From the NCBI RefSeq assembly GCF_006345805.1, contig NC_042997.1:145700001-145764000 (forward strand): a DNA stretch of 64,000 nucleotides, in the 5' to 3' direction. The notes under the pieces were generated by a model. The model made no database searches. It worked only from the letters and a program-made list of their open reading frames with translations, and had not been told where the DNA came from. Both the position numbers and the translations under genes were made by a program. Of this stretch, positions 43,826 to 58,347 are shown in pieces (the first letter of the stretch is position 1; the number at the start of each line of letters is the position of its first letter). This DNA is from Octopus sinensis (lineage: Eukaryota).

Positions 43826-43945
43826 TATGTATGCATGTATGTAGGTATATATCGAGAAAGAGAGAGATTGACAAACAGACAGACATATTGTAAGACAGGC
43901 AGATAGACAGACAGACAGATATATATATATATATAGATAGATAGA

Positions 43946-43978
<33 letters not shown>

Positions 43979-44001
43979 GCATACATACATACATACATAC
44001 A

Positions 44002-44037
<36 letters not shown>

Positions 44038-44045
44038 TATACATA
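42715..44045. repeat. Two compound (TA)n/(TC)n/(ACAT)n tracts
   Basis: Directly visible at 42715-43040 and 43590-44045. Confidence 0.9.
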
Positions 44046-44606
44046 CAAAGAGACACCATGAGATGCATACGCAGAATGAGATACACATTCGCACATACAC
44101 GCCGATACATACACGCCGTCACTAAGAGAGAGAGAGAGAGAGACGCGCATTTATGAAGGAAAGTGCATATATATATAGATGGTAACGCTTTCTTGCGGAA
44201 AAGACTGCAGTTGTAGAAAGAAACAAAAAAAGAAGTATACAAGAATTCAATAAAAATAAAACAACAACATACAAACATAGAAAAAAGAAACAGATGGCGA
44301 AGCGGTCATAAACGAAATCTTTGCCAGCACCAAAATATAAAGATGAGTTGAATAACTAAACTACTGGTTTGTTGACATATTTCTAGACTGTACTTAAGAT
44401 ATATCATAAACATGGGAAATAAGTTTAATAGAATTTCTCACGCAGATTAAAGCTGGTTTAGGTGTGGTTATAATTTTATATATTAGCAAGCAACATATAA
44501 CTAAATTAAGTGAAGTCTACAGAGAACAATATGGAATTGTCTAAACAAAAAATTTCAAACACCTTTAATGGTTTGGTAACGAATGAGAAACAAGAAACAA
44601 GAGCGA

Positions 44607-44648
<42 letters not shown>

Positions 44649-44964
44649 AGATAGGGAGAGAGAAGAGGAAGGCAAAAAAAAAAAAGCACCACAGATATTG
44701 CTTTGATAGATATTACATATTATTTATAAAAGGAAAGAAGAAAAAATAATGAAACAAATTCAACCGGGCTTCTTTTTTTTTTTGTTTTTGTATCTGCTTC
44801 TGCACTCATGTCAATTATATAAGAAAGGATGCGTTATACGCAGACGCACACATGCACGCATACACTTAGACATGTACATGCGCTTTTCATGCACATGTAT
44901 ATATATATACTCCACCTTCTCCTCTCTCTCCAATATTCTATTGTATTTCTCTCTTTCTTCACGG

Positions 44965-44997
<33 letters not shown>

Positions 44998-45283
44998 GAA
45001 CAGCAGCACCGGTACCACCAACACCAGCTCCAACACCAACACCACAAACACAACTACGAACATCAACAACACCAACAGCAGCATTTCAACCCTCCTCCCC
45101 TCCTCCTCCTCCTCCTCCTCCTCCTCCTCCTCATCATCATCATCATCATCATCATCATCGGCAGCAATAGCAACAGCAGCAAAAGCAATAACTGCATTAT
45201 CATTCATCTATATATTCTGATGAGCATCATCATCATCATCGTCGTTGTTATCGTCACCTCCTCTTCCCCCTCCTCATGGTTAT

Positions 45284-45324
<41 letters not shown>

Positions 45325-45800
45325 GCTTCATCAACCTTACGATCCTCACGGTCGGTCATCATCATCGCTATCAGCGAAGTGGTCTGTCGACTTCTTTATC
45401 ATCCAAAATGTAGACATTCTGTCTCATCATGTTTTATAATCGTCGCGATGGCCACTGACTTCATCACCATCATCATCGTCATCAACCATCGTTATAATAA
45501 TAATAATAATAATACGTTGTCGTCATCACTGACATAATCACATTTTCCCCCACCACCAGCCTTGTCGTCGGTGTCCTGTCCAACTATGGCGTCATCTACC
45601 CGTGTAATAATATTCGCTGACTGAAGTCAGCAGCCATTGTACTTCATTATCATAATAACTTTTATCGTCATCCTCCTTATTATACTAATCATTGACGATT
45701 TCTGTTATTATCATCACCGAAACACTACTTCTCTATTATCAGCGCTATTATATTTGGCGAATAACATACCGCTAAAAACATTTCATCATGATGATACGGT
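44965..45800. repeat. Trinucleotide mosaic (CAT/CAA/CAG/CTC/CGT)
   Basis: Directly visible; it decays towards the right. Confidence 0.85.
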
Positions 45801-48574
45801 CACACCATGATTGCCGAAGAATGTATGAACAATGCTTTCAGCGGGTGGAATGGGGGGGGGGGTAAAAAGATATAAAGCAAAAACAAAACAAACAGTAATA
45901 ATAATAATAATAATAGTAATAATAATAATAACAACAACAATGAAAAGAACAAGTAATAGACAAGAAAAATCTAACAAAGTCTAACAAAGTCTAACAAAGA
46001 ATGGTAGTAAAATTAACGAAATGAGCACAAAGCAGATATAAGATGTACTCAGTGGCCATTTTAATGAATCAATCCTGGAAGAGTGAGTCATATCAGAATG
46101 ATTTTCTATATAAAGCAGACAGCAAGCTGCAGCGGATATAATTGGTAGTTCGATTAAAAATTAGAATAAGCAAAAACGAATGATCAAAGCGACTTTGAGG
46201 CTGTGTGATCGCTGGTGCATTGCATTTTTCCGGTGCATTATTATTTGTTTCCTCAATAATCAGAATATTGATATTTTTCAAACTTCTGACAAATTAAAAA
46301 ATTATTGGCTGCCAGTTTAAGCATGAATTGCTCTCTTGGTTACCAAACATAATGGAATAATATGATATCATATTTAATATACATACATGAATGCCCCTCC
46401 TACCGAATATGTATGTATACATGCATGTATGTATGCTTGTATATTTATATGTATGTACATATACGCATATTTATATGACTATACATACATATATGTGTGT
46501 GTGTGTGTTTATGAGAGAGAGAGGCAGGCAGACAGACAGAGGGTGTGTATGAATGTATGTGTGTATATAATGATAATATATGTTTTATAATTTTGTGGCA
46601 ATTGTCCCGAGAGTTTATTAAGTTCTTTGATTCAAGTGCAGAACAGAACTTTGTGTACGTCATAAATTTTAGCATTTACAGAAATTGCAACCAAACAACA
46701 AAACCCTGATAGTAATTTATTAAAAGAGAGATTGATATAATCTGAAAGTTTAAAACTTATAACTCGTGTATACATTATCTCAAGCTTATACGAATAGATA
46801 GATTGATGGGTAAGACTTTCATATAATGTTTAACTGATGTCATCTAAAGCGAATATATCCATATATAAACTATGGTTGCAGGCCACGACTAATTGTATTG
46901 TGATCTCATCGGTTAGAGAAAGTTCAAAAAGAGGAAAGTATTGATTCAGTAATTTATCTCTATATTGATTTATTTCATCATATTGATGGTGTTGTGGTCG
47001 TTGATATTGTTGTTTAGTTCCAATTCACTCTTGATTGAACACACATAAACATCCCGCCTTTTTCCTTTCAGACACAGTGCATTCCAAAGTACACTACTAT
47101 TGGCTTATGTATCCTAATGTTTTTTTAAGACGGTAGCGTGGTTTGAGAGAGGTTTTGACTGCTATTTATAGCAAGTGGAACCACCATGTAAATCTTTCCT
47201 CATTCGTTCGATATTGATGTTATTGTTTACATATGTATTTTAATAGTTTTAATGACAAGTTGTTAACAATCAATGTATAAAACTAATATCTATTATTAAT
47301 AAACTAAAATAAAAGCAACAACAACTATCTGTTATGATATATTATGCGCAATAAAGAAACCTATCAAGCGATCAAGGCTTACATATCCTCAACTGTGTCT
47401 ACTCTGCATCAAGTGGAGTGGAGTGTGGCCTGTGAGTATCTTATAGTTGTTACTCAACTCGAACAACACAAGAAAGTGACAGCGTTTTGCTTGCTCTCCA
47501 GTTGAAGTCTTTAACTGGCAGTAACAATGTATCACCTAATTCACGCAAGCATCAGTATATTCTACGCTCTGAATTCAAATTTTGTTAGGGTCGGCTTTAC
47601 TCTTCAGCTTTCTGGAGATGATGTAACAAAGTTCCTGTCAAGTAAATTTTGGTCGAGTAATCCTTTTTAAAAACCTTTTAAAAAATTGCGAGGCTTTGGG
47701 TCTCCGTTGGAAAAGCATAGCTGTAAGTAATGCGACGATAGCTGACTGCTGCATTACACATTGCTCAAAGCCCAAACCGGTGACGAATAAATGCATATAG
47801 AATACCTACGTATGCCATATGTCCAGAGTCTACATTCAGTGTCTTATTCTACACACATCAGTCTAAAATTTGATTTACTTTTAGTCTTCCATCTCTCTTC
47901 ACCTTTTTCTGTCGCGATTCACAAGAGACTATAAATCATCAAACATCAAAGAAGCTAGAAGCAATTCGGTAAAGCGTAGGTAAAGCAGCTCTACAAAGTA
48001 TATGATTCCTTTATCTCTGTTATCTTAGTTCAGCAAACGGTTTTGATATTTCATACAAAAGCTCATGTGTTTGCTCCATGAAGAAATAAGTGCAGCCATA
48101 GCTAACAAGTTTGCCTCGCAGCTATGTGGTTACATCTTGTATAAATGTCTTGAACGTTTATATATCCCGCAGTTGACCAATATCTTTCTCATATTGTGAC
48201 GGCAAAACCATATATTGTCTACTTGGTGTCTGACACGCACGATCTGTAGAAATTATTTCCTATTTTCTCACAAGGAAGCTAAAACTTTCTGTCAGTTTAG
48301 AGTTGCTTCGCTTGGTATCTGGTACTCAGAAGAGCTTAAAAAGTCAAAATGCTCCTACAAGTCCTGAGGATTTGCTCTAAACTGACTTTGACGTGTTAAC
48401 ACCCTTTGCGTAAAGCGAAAATTTTCCTCCATGGTTAGTAAATACCTCTTTACTGGTCAAAGTCTGATTATACATACATACATGTTAAGGAAATCTGATG
48501 GATATCTCACTGGTTCACAAGGAAACAAAAATACCAAAATTACCCATTGATTCTTTGTGGATTTCTTAGTGGAT

Positions 48575-49410
48575 TTTATGCAAAGAATATGCATGAGATG
48601 AAAAAGAGCCTTAACCTAGTTACAACATACTCAAAGGATGTAGGATTGGAGTTTGGACAGGGTAAATGGTGCTATATGGCTGTGAAAAGAGGGGAAACTG
48701 TAAACCAGACTAGTAACATCTCCATCAATGATTTTTCTGTTTCCCCTGTATCTGACGAGGAATATTACTGCTGTCTAGGGGTGGATGAAAATATATCTTA
48801 TAATGACACTTGTAACAAAACACGTGTCACTAAAGAATATTACAGCTGAATAAAGAAAATATGGACCTCAGAACTCTCTGTATTCAATAAAACAGCAGCT
48901 CACAACGTGATTGCAATGCCGGTACTTATACCAACATTTGTCTACTTGAGTGGACAATTGATGAGATCCGAGTCATTGATGTGAAAACCCGAAAAATACT
49001 AACAAGTACATATAATTTCCACTTAAACAGTGACGTAGACCTCCTCTATCTAAAACGAAAACAAGGCGGCGGAGGCTTAACGTCGATACAAAAAATGCCT
49101 TTGAATGTCGCATCAGATCCCTTCGGCAACATTTTTTAACTTCTAAGCATCGAAGTGCATCCCTTGACCAAGTTTGCATACATGAGACTGATGACATCAT
49201 AAGACTTAGAGGCCAGCTCCTTGAGCAACACACTTTGTCTAACCTACAATACATGCCCAAAGAAATCGCACGACTCTACCACAATGTATCATCAGATGAA
49301 AGGGTGAGCCTATATGAGCAGAAGAATATGTATGGATATGTTAGTAGAAAGCTCTGTATTGGTTGTAACATCGATCATCAAAGCAGTTGATCATGGACCA
49401 ATAGCCAGAT
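48575..49410 (+). mobile_element. Divergent RLE-type LINE fragment (post-RT region)
   Basis: YSKDVGLEFGQGKW, LGVDENI, KKIWTSELS, EWTIDEIRVIDVKTRKILT, LYLKRKQGGGGL. It parallels fragment B but is a distinct family. Confidence 0.8.
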
Positions 49411-49498
49411 TACTACCCCCCACATATATATATATATGTATATACTTATGTATGTATGTAAGTATGTATGTATGTATGTATGCATGTATGTATGTATG

Positions 49499-49536
<38 letters not shown>

Positions 49537-49692
49537 TATATATATGTATGTATGCGTGCGTGTATGTATATGTGTGTGTAATAACATTACGTTTTAGTTG
49601 AGTGCTTGTTTATTAAACTTTCACAAGGGTGATGTCACTGACCTCGAAGTTCCGGCTTACTACAGCTCATCGGACTGTCGAATATATATCTG

Positions 49693-49751
<59 letters not shown>

Positions 49752-50129
49752 TTGTGTGTTTGCGCGCACATGTATGTGTATTTGTGTGTGTGTCTACGTG
49801 TCTGTGATAGTATAACGTAGCATAGTATATACTAGATTTGACTATTTGTGTTGGCACGTACGCTCTTTTTCTGAAAATCGCAATGGAGCGTCGGACGAAA
49901 AGGATTAAAAATTACGGCTATAAAGTATGGAAAGCAAAATGACCTGGAAGGGAGTTGAACTTCTATCAATCTTACAAATAAAGATTCTACCCAATGTGAC
50001 CAGGCCTGTCCTGAGCTTCTGATAACCGAGAATGGTCACGCCTAGCCTGTCTTTTGTATTGCATAATGAAAATAACCAACAAAGAATTTGGTGGCGTATA
50101 CGTTTCTTTTATTTTTTGTTTCTGTCTTT

Positions 50130-50366
50130 GGTTCACGGTGTTGCTGGCTCAGCCTCTTAAAGAATTTAAGTTGAACATACGGGCCTTTGTACTTACTTTG
50201 AAATCTGGTACTTATTCAATTGCTTCTGATTTGCCGAATCGCTAAGTTACAGTGACTTAAACAAACCAGCACCGGTTGACAAGCGGTAAAGTAGAAACAA
50301 ACACAAACGCAAGCACAAGTGTATGTATATGTTTAACTGCACACACACACACAAACACACACACAC

Positions 50367-50428
<62 letters not shown>

Positions 50429-50822
50429 TTCATCATCTTGAACCGTTATTCCCGACACATTTTTTGCTTTCTCTGTCTTTTTCGTTCTCTCTGTATTTTC
50501 GCCCCCTAGTTCTTTCTCTCGAAGAGCGTTGGCTCGAAACGTCAAATACTTTCCCATTTTCCCTGTTAGACTAATACACCTGATTTTTGTTCACTCGCCT
50601 GTCTTCGTCTTTTGTTTTCTGTAAGTTTGAACTATATATATATATATATATATACACATATTACGAGTTTCTACAGAGTTTCTCTCTGCCAAATCTGTTC
50701 ACAAGTCATCGGTCAATCCAGAGTAGTGGTGGAAGACAATTGCCCCGGGTGCCTTTCAGTGGGACTGAACCCAGAACCACTTGGTTGCAAAACGATCTCC
50801 GTAAACACACACCCATGCCTGC
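50130..50822 (-). mobile_element. SINE family A split in its (CA)n linker by the hammerhead-motif repeat
   Basis: 3' half at about 50130-50340 and 5' half at about 50668-50822. Confidence 0.75.
50428..50633 (+). mobile_element. Short repeat with hammerhead-like motif
   Basis: tctttctctcgaagagcgttggctcgaaacgtcaaatac; homologous to 6411-6614. Confidence 0.7.
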
Positions 50823-51064
50823 TATATATAATTCATAGTTTAGTCGCTGTCCAGAGTCTACTTCGAATACCTTGACCCTCACACGCCTGTCCAAAATTTG
50901 ATTTACTCTTCGTCCACTTCCCCTTCTTTTTCACACAGGGAGTCGGAACAAACAAATACCTCGAGACAATCTATCCAACGCTCCGATGACTTTGCCGATT
51001 CATCGCCTTTGTGTGATATAAAAAAATAATAGAAATTAATAACAGAGCCAGTTACCAAACGTTT

Positions 51065-51395
51065 ACCGCCATCCCCACCAACAACAGCAACAACAACAAT
51101 AACACTAGAACACCACTACCCCTAACACTACCACCAGCATCGCCACCACTAACGTTACTACCACCACCACCACAATCACCACCACTAACATCAGCGCTAC
51201 AACCAACAACAACACCAACACCACTATTAGGACTCCCCAAACCACCACTACAACCACCACCACCACCACCACCAACACAACAACAACAACAATAACAACA
51301 ACACAAATACCACCACCACAAATACCACAACATCACCAACGCCAACACTACCACTACCAACACCACTACCGCCGCCACAAGCACCGCCACTCCAA
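51065..51395. repeat. (ACC/AAC)n degenerate trinucleotide tract
   Basis: Directly visible. Confidence 0.85.
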
Positions 51396-51692
51396 CGGTA
51401 CTGAACTTTATAGATGCCTTTTAATTCCTGAGTTAAGTTTCACTCTGTTGTTATCACTCATACCAGACTAATTAAGGCTTTTAAACGAATCAAAATTTAT
51501 TGCAATAATGGAATCAAGGGAGCTAAAATGCTTTGCACCGGAATATGGTAAATGCAAAACGATTTACAGGAAGAAATTTGAATGCTGTGAGGAATAAGCT
51601 CACCTCTTGCAGCAGATCTCTCTCCAACACACAAGATTTCATCCTGCTCGTGACACTAAAATACATATCAGCTGAGTAATAATAATACTTTA

Positions 51693-51876
51693 TATTTGGG
51701 GCAGGGAGATAGTCGATTTCCTCGACCCCCTGTACTCAACTAGTACTTATTTTGTCGATCCCGAAAGGATGAGAAACAATGCTAACTTGGCGGAATTCGA
51801 ACTCAAAACGTGACGACAGACGAAATACCACTAAGCATATCGCCCGACGTACTAACGATTCTGCCAACTCACCGCC

Positions 51877-51879
<3 letters not shown>
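51693..51879 (-). mobile_element. SINE family C
   Basis: Family motifs; the head abuts (TAA)n. Confidence 0.85.
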
Positions 51880-51938
<59 letters not shown>

Positions 51939-52099
51939 GATAATAATAATAAAATAATAATAATTAAATACATATTTTATCTATGAATTTGCGTGTGTAA
52001 TCTGGGAATGCATACAATGAACTTTTCTACCCTAGGTGTACGGAAAACACTCGGTGAGAAATGGAAGAAAATTTTAAGAAAGAAGGAAAAAAAATAATG

Positions 52100-52428
<329 letters not shown>

Positions 52429-52499
52429 TCAACAGATGAAACCAATTAAAACTACTATGGTTTCAAAATTTAATACTTTGTGTTTACGTTAGAAATCAA

Positions 52500-52718
52500 T
52501 ATTGGCTTCTAATTTTGGCACAAGGCCAGTAAGTTCAGGGAAGAGGTTAAGTCGATTACATCGATCTCAGTGTTCATCTGGCACTTATTTTATCAACCCC
52601 GAAATTATCAAAGGCAAATTCAGATTCGGCGGTATTTGAACTCAGAATGTAAAAGGCGGACGATATGCCGCGATGATTTTTGTCCGATGTGCTAACGATT
52701 CTACCAGTTAGCTACCTT
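52500..52718 (-). mobile_element. SINE family C
   Basis: Family motifs, more diverged. Confidence 0.85.
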
Positions 52719-52751
52719 ATGCTGGAAAACAATATTAGAAACCGATTGTAC

Positions 52752-53075
52752 TGGCACACCGTCAGATATGACGATGAGGTTTCTGATCAACTGATCAGCC
52801 TGCTTATAAAATTAAAGGGCAAGTGGTTGAGTATTCCGAAAACACGCGTATCCTTAATGTGGTTCTCAGGAAGCGGGTGTAGTTCAGCGTGATACAGAAT
52901 GTGACAAGGCTGGCTCACTGAATTACAGGTACAGCTCATTTTTGCCAGTTGACTGGACTGGGGTAAGGTGGAATGAAGTGTCTTGCTCAAGGACACAACG
53001 TACCACCGTGTATCGAGTTGACGACTTTTTGATAGTGAGCCGTATACCCTAACCACTAAGCCACGTGCCTTCACG
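52752..53075 (-). mobile_element. SINE family B (tRNA head, CORE-like)
   Basis: Minus strand reads gtgaaggcacgtggcttagtggttagggta and gttgtgtccttgagcaagacacttc. Homologous to 58348-58636. Confidence 0.85.
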
Positions 53076-53440
53076 AATCCAATTGTAGCCACTATCTAAC
53101 TCTGATGATCGTATTTACTATTCTTGACGGCGTTTTGCTAACATGCATTAACTGATTAACTTCGTAAAAAGCACCTAAAATTTAAGAAATACAGAAATAA
53201 TCCGTTTACACATGTATAAACGGTGAAAATGTTAGGTCTGCAAATATGTGGTCCCGCTTTCATTCCAACTGTGTGACACCCTAAGAAAGTGTCTTCTCAC
53301 CCAAAACCAAAGGATCGAAATTTGTTAGACAAAAAACTTTGTAGAAGCTCGTCTGAAGGACTATTTTTATACTTGTGTGGTAGACTTGATTTGAATCCAG
53401 TTTAACACTAGCACCTGATTTTTTAGTATCTTTGTATCAT

Positions 53441-53640
53441 TAAGACAGTGAGCTAGTGCAATTGTTAGTGCGTCGGACAAAATGTTTAGCAGCAACTTTC
53501 CGGCTCTTTACGCTCTATGTCCAGATTCCGCCGAAGTCCACTTTGCGCTTCATTCTTTCGGGGTTGATAATGCGGTCGATGTAATCAACTTGCTCATTAA
53601 CTTAAAAATTGCTGGCCCTGTGCCAAAATCTGGAAGTATT
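53441..53640 (+). mobile_element. SINE family C, degenerate
   Basis: taagacagtgagctag...cattctttcggggttgata...gctggccctgtgccaaaat. Confidence 0.8.
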
Positions 53641-53900
53641 ATTTGTATTGTTATTGCTATAAAGTTACGCTTTCATCACTTTGGGGCAGATAAAATAGAG
53701 CACCTGAATCGATCGTACCGACGAATCCCTCGAAAAACTGCTGAACTGGTGCCTATATGAGAAACCATTAAAATTATTCTTATTGGTGTTTGATGAAAAC
53801 TCTCGCCTTATTTTGCAGGGTATGATAGAAAGTGTCAGCTGTTCACAGCCAGTAGACTAAGGTACTGGTTGTTTACTGGTCATGCTTATTATTATTATCA

Positions 53901-53973
<73 letters not shown>

Positions 53974-53980
53974 CATTATT

Positions 53981-54110
53981 AAGACGGCGAACCAAATTCC
54001 ATTAAGGTAGAAATTGTCTTCCATCCTTTTCGGAGTCGATTAATAGAACTTGGGTTGATGTAATCGACATGCGCCTCCCCTAAAATTTCAGGTCTTGTAC
54101 GTATAATAGA
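53981..54110 (+). mobile_element. SINE family C, internally deleted, within (TTA)n
   Basis: ttccatcctttttcggagtcgat...aaaatttcaggtcttgtacgtataatagaaagg. Confidence 0.7.
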
Positions 54111-54114
54111 AAGG

Positions 54115-54161
<47 letters not shown>

Positions 54162-54226
54162 CATCATCATCATCATTATTATTATTATCATTATCATCAT
54201 CATCATTATTATTATTATTATTATTA

Positions 54227-54259
<33 letters not shown>

Positions 54260-54275
54260 CATTATTATTATCATT

Positions 54276-54477
54276 GAGGTGGTGAGCTGGCAGAATCGTT
54301 AACATGCCAAACAAATTGCTTAGCAGCATTACTTCCGGTTTTATATTCTAACTTCAAATTCCACAGGATCGGCTTTGCCCTTTATTTATTCTGGTTCAAT
54401 AAATTAGCACCAGTTCAGTTCTAGGGTCGACTAGTCCCCACCACAAAATTTCAGACCTTTATCCTGTAGTAGAAAGA
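54276..54477 (+). mobile_element. SINE family C
   Basis: gaggtggtgagctggcagaatcgttaac... Confidence 0.8.
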
Positions 54478-55260
54478 AAAGAAGAAAAAAAAAACCCCAT
54501 TATTATTATATATTAAGAGAAACAGAAATAAGCCATCTTTTCAATATTTTTTTCAAAAAATTTCATTATCACAAAAATCAATTTCGTTGAATGAGCTAAA
54601 TCGATAAAATCTATGAAGAGGAGTGCAAGCGGACTAAGGTTTAGACTAGTTTTAGTTTACAAGTTTTGTCTAGCTAGCTTAATGGCATTGATTGAAGTTT
54701 GTGATTTACTGTAGGCAGCTGATGTTGTGCAAGACCATATAAACGGAATGTCTAATGATATTATGTAACAATGAACAATTAGAAACTGTATATAACTGAA
54801 AACAGAATAACTAATTCCCTCCAACTTGTGCATATTTTCATGGGTAGATACATTGGCGTTTTGTTCTATGTAAAACAGATGCTGTAAATATAATATTACA
54901 CAGTTGCTATTCGTAACTTTACAACGCAATGCATATTCTACACTTCAATTTTTAAGCATCACTAGTTACTTAATGTTTCGTTATAATGTTTAATGGTTGT
55001 TGGAGATGCCACGCATTCAGTTGAAATTTATTCTGAAATATAACAAGCGTACGTTAACGTCAAAGTAGAAGTCTTAAATCCTTTACTTTGATTTCAAATA
55101 TGAAAAAGAATACGAGGCATTTCTTTGTCTTTATGTTTTTTTTTTCTCCACATCAGCAAAGAAACATACGTCTCTAAATATATGACACAAAATATTATAT
55201 AATACTTTTTCCATTTTATATTGTGCCTACCCATTTCTACATAATATCCTATACCACGGG

Positions 55261-55337
<77 letters not shown>

Positions 55338-55344
55338 CATTATT

Positions 55345-55377
<33 letters not shown>

Positions 55378-55657
55378 GCGTGAGAGAGCAGAGCATGCCA
55401 TCAAAGTGACACTGGGGAAAATATGTGAAACCCAGTATACCCATAATGACTACCCGTCTGATAAGGGTGTACCAGACACATGTACCACAACCATATGTGC
55501 GCGATATGGTGAATTCATATCAAGATAAACAGTACATGACCTTGCAGTTAGAATTTTCTTCCCGTCGAGTAGCCCATCTCGCTCAAAAGGCCCCTGAATA
55601 AGATTTGTTTAAAGATGTTGAATGAAACAACCATGTTTCCGGAGGTGAATTATTCAA
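55378..55657. mobile_element. Repeat family D, partial, preceded by (TTA)n
   Basis: Homologous to 10664 onward. Confidence 0.88.
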
Positions 55658-55744
55658 TATTATTATCAGTATTATGCTTCAGGCGGTCGACATGCAAACC
55701 GTTCGCAAACCAGATAATGTATTAGTCTAACGGGAAGAATGGAA

Positions 55745-55955
55745 CATGCTGGCGTGCAAAAAACGTAAAAACGGACAAAATCCTTAGCGGCCTTTTGTGT
55801 TTATGCTCTGAGCTCAAATACCACCAAGACTGACTTTGCTTTCATCCCTTTGGTATCGATAAAATAATTACCAGTTGAGCACTAGGGTAGATGTAATCGA
55901 CCAACTACTTCCCCCAATATTTCAGGTCCTGTGTCAATCGTAGAAAAGGTTATCA
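55745..55955 (+). mobile_element. SINE family C, degenerate
   Basis: gactttgctttcatccctttggtatcgataaaataattaccag. Confidence 0.75.
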
Positions 55956-55970
55956 TTATTCTTTCTTACT

Positions 55971-56408
55971 AGTGACGCAGGGGTACAAACATACGAAGCC
56001 TAATATACCCATCATGATTACTCGTTTGATAAAGGTACATAAAGACACATGCATCACAATCATAAATGTGCGATGTGGTGACCTCGTATCAGAATAAACA
56101 ACGCATGACATTACAGGTGGGGCTCAGAATTTTCTTCAGGCCGAGTAGTCCATCCTGCTCAAAACGTCCCTGAATAAGGGTTGTTGAAGGATGTTGAACG
56201 AAGCACCCGTGTTACCCAAGGTGAATTATTCAAACCTGAAAGAATTCCTCTCAACATATGACCATGATGCTTCCTCACTACTTCTGCTCATGATCAGAAA
56301 TGCACATATCATCAGCATTTAAGTGACACGCTCAAGTGGTTAAGGTTAAGCAAATGACAAACAAATTTGTGGTATTGAGCAGAATATTTGCTATAAACTC
56401 TCTTTTAC
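55971..56408. mobile_element. Repeat family D, older copy
   Basis: Homologous to about 10690-11130. Confidence 0.85.
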
Positions 56409-56512
56409 ACCAAGTCAAAACATGTGCATTTTGACACTGCCAAACCATTAAGATTAGATGCCATGAGAGTCATTGTCTGGTGCTGCATCAGGGCATCGGC
56501 CTCGTGAAACGG

Positions 56513-56562
<50 letters not shown>

Positions 56563-56565
56563 GTA

Positions 56566-56950
56566 AAGGCAGTGAGCTGACAGAAACGTTAGCACGCTGG
56601 GCGAAATGCTTAGCAGTATTTCGTCTGCTGCTACGTTCTGAGTTCAAATTCCGCCGAGGTCGACTTTGCCTTTCATCCTTTCGGGGTCAATTAAATAAGT
56701 ACCAGTTACGCACTGGGGTCGATATAATCGACTTAATCCATTTGTCTGTCCTTGTTTGTCCTCTCTGTGTTTAGTCCCTTGTGGGTAGTAAAGAAATAGG
56801 TATTTCGTCTGTCGCTACATTCTGAGTTCAAATTCCACCGAGGTCAACTTTGCCTTTCATCCTTTCGGATCGCTAAATCAAGTACCAGTTGAGTACAGGG
56901 GTCGATATAATTGACTGGTCCCCTCCCACAAAAGTTCAGGCTTTGTGCCT
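56566..56950 (+). mobile_element. SINE family C, full copy plus tandem partial copy
   Basis: The segment ggtatttcgtctg...gcctttcatcctttcgg occurs twice (about 56615 and about 56800). Flanked by (TTA)n. Confidence 0.9.
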
Positions 56951-58347
56951 ATAATCATTATTATTATTATTTCATTTCATTTATTTTGACTACATAGTTA
57001 CATCACATCACACTGTATAAACAACGAAGAGCATAAAATATTTATGGCCGAGCGTCCGTAACAAAGGCCACATTTGGTAGCCGGACGTCAAGGTTACAAC
57101 GTAGTTCTTATAACTGAAACAACAACAACAACACCAGCAGCAGCAACATTAAAAGAAAACAGAAAAAAAAAATCATACCAAATCATGGTGTTTTAAAGTT
57201 TTCCATATTAAAGCAGACAATATTTTATTACAATAATTATAGCGTTTTGTATGACGATAACTTATCACCATAAATTCTATAAAATCATGATTTATGTATC
57301 ATGGCTTATTATTGGACACGATATACCATTAAAAAGGATGTTATGTCGATAACATACAGTGAGAGTGTTAGTTTGGTTGTTTACACTTTCCATAGAATTC
57401 TGCTGAAATACATCAATTCTTAATGTCTAAAGCGCTTTTTGTTTGTCAGATATTTTTTTCTTCTGCAAACCAGTTGAGACACTTCTAGTATTCTCTCGCC
57501 ATGCACAGATTTGCTCCCTTGAACTGTCATTTCACAATGTTGCTGCGTGATTCATCTAAAATGTAATTTTGACATGCAACTTTTTCCAACATCTTTAATG
57601 GATTTTCTGATGTAAGATGTCATTTTACATACCAGAATATCTTTATGTCATTTTATATTTTTATTATTCCAGATTTCAAGTTTATATACAGCAACGCTTA
57701 TATTTTTAGGTAATATGACTTACTTTCTTCCTGCATATTTTTTGGCACCATGACAACTAAGAAGTAACTTTAATCTTTTACAGTGACGACCGAACTGTCG
57801 TAAAGTTAACCGCATCATATTCGTTATTTAATACTGTCAAAGAATGAAAGACAGACGAACGGAGAGAAATCTAGAAATACTCGGAAGACAGAAGGAAATC
57901 AAGCGTTCATAGAAAAAGAAATAAATTATATCAGTTTTGATACTCAGACACGCCTACCGAGTAGTGGTGTGCGGAACCGGTAGAGCAACAAACAAAATGT
58001 CAAGTTCTATTAAAATACGACGCTTTGAGTTCAAATCAAGCTGGGATAGAATTTTTGTTTTTCGTTCTTATCTTTCATTGGTATCAAAGTAACCAACATT
58101 TCGTTTCCTGCAAAATTTGTGGTCGTAAGGCAGTATCAAGTATCAATGAGAAGCATCAAGTTTATAGTAAACATTAGAACTAGTAGAGCACAGGATATCT
58201 CTATGTTCTGAGTTCAGTATTTATTATCTCGTCGATGGATTTGCTTAATCGGTGCAGCCAAATTTTGTTGTGATACTTTATATTCTGAGTGCTAAACTTA
58301 CTGTGGTTGATTTTATTTTTCATCCTTTCCGGAGCGATAAAATAATT

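Noticed and set aside
44749-45537. 262-aa His/Gln/Ser-rich ORF and overlapping frames
   Set aside because: The trinucleotide mosaic is open in several frames and on both strands, with no recognisable domain or splice support. It cannot be excluded without RNA-seq.
46043-46066. Tc1-like terminus (tactcagtggccattttaat)
   Set aside because: No matching second end was found.
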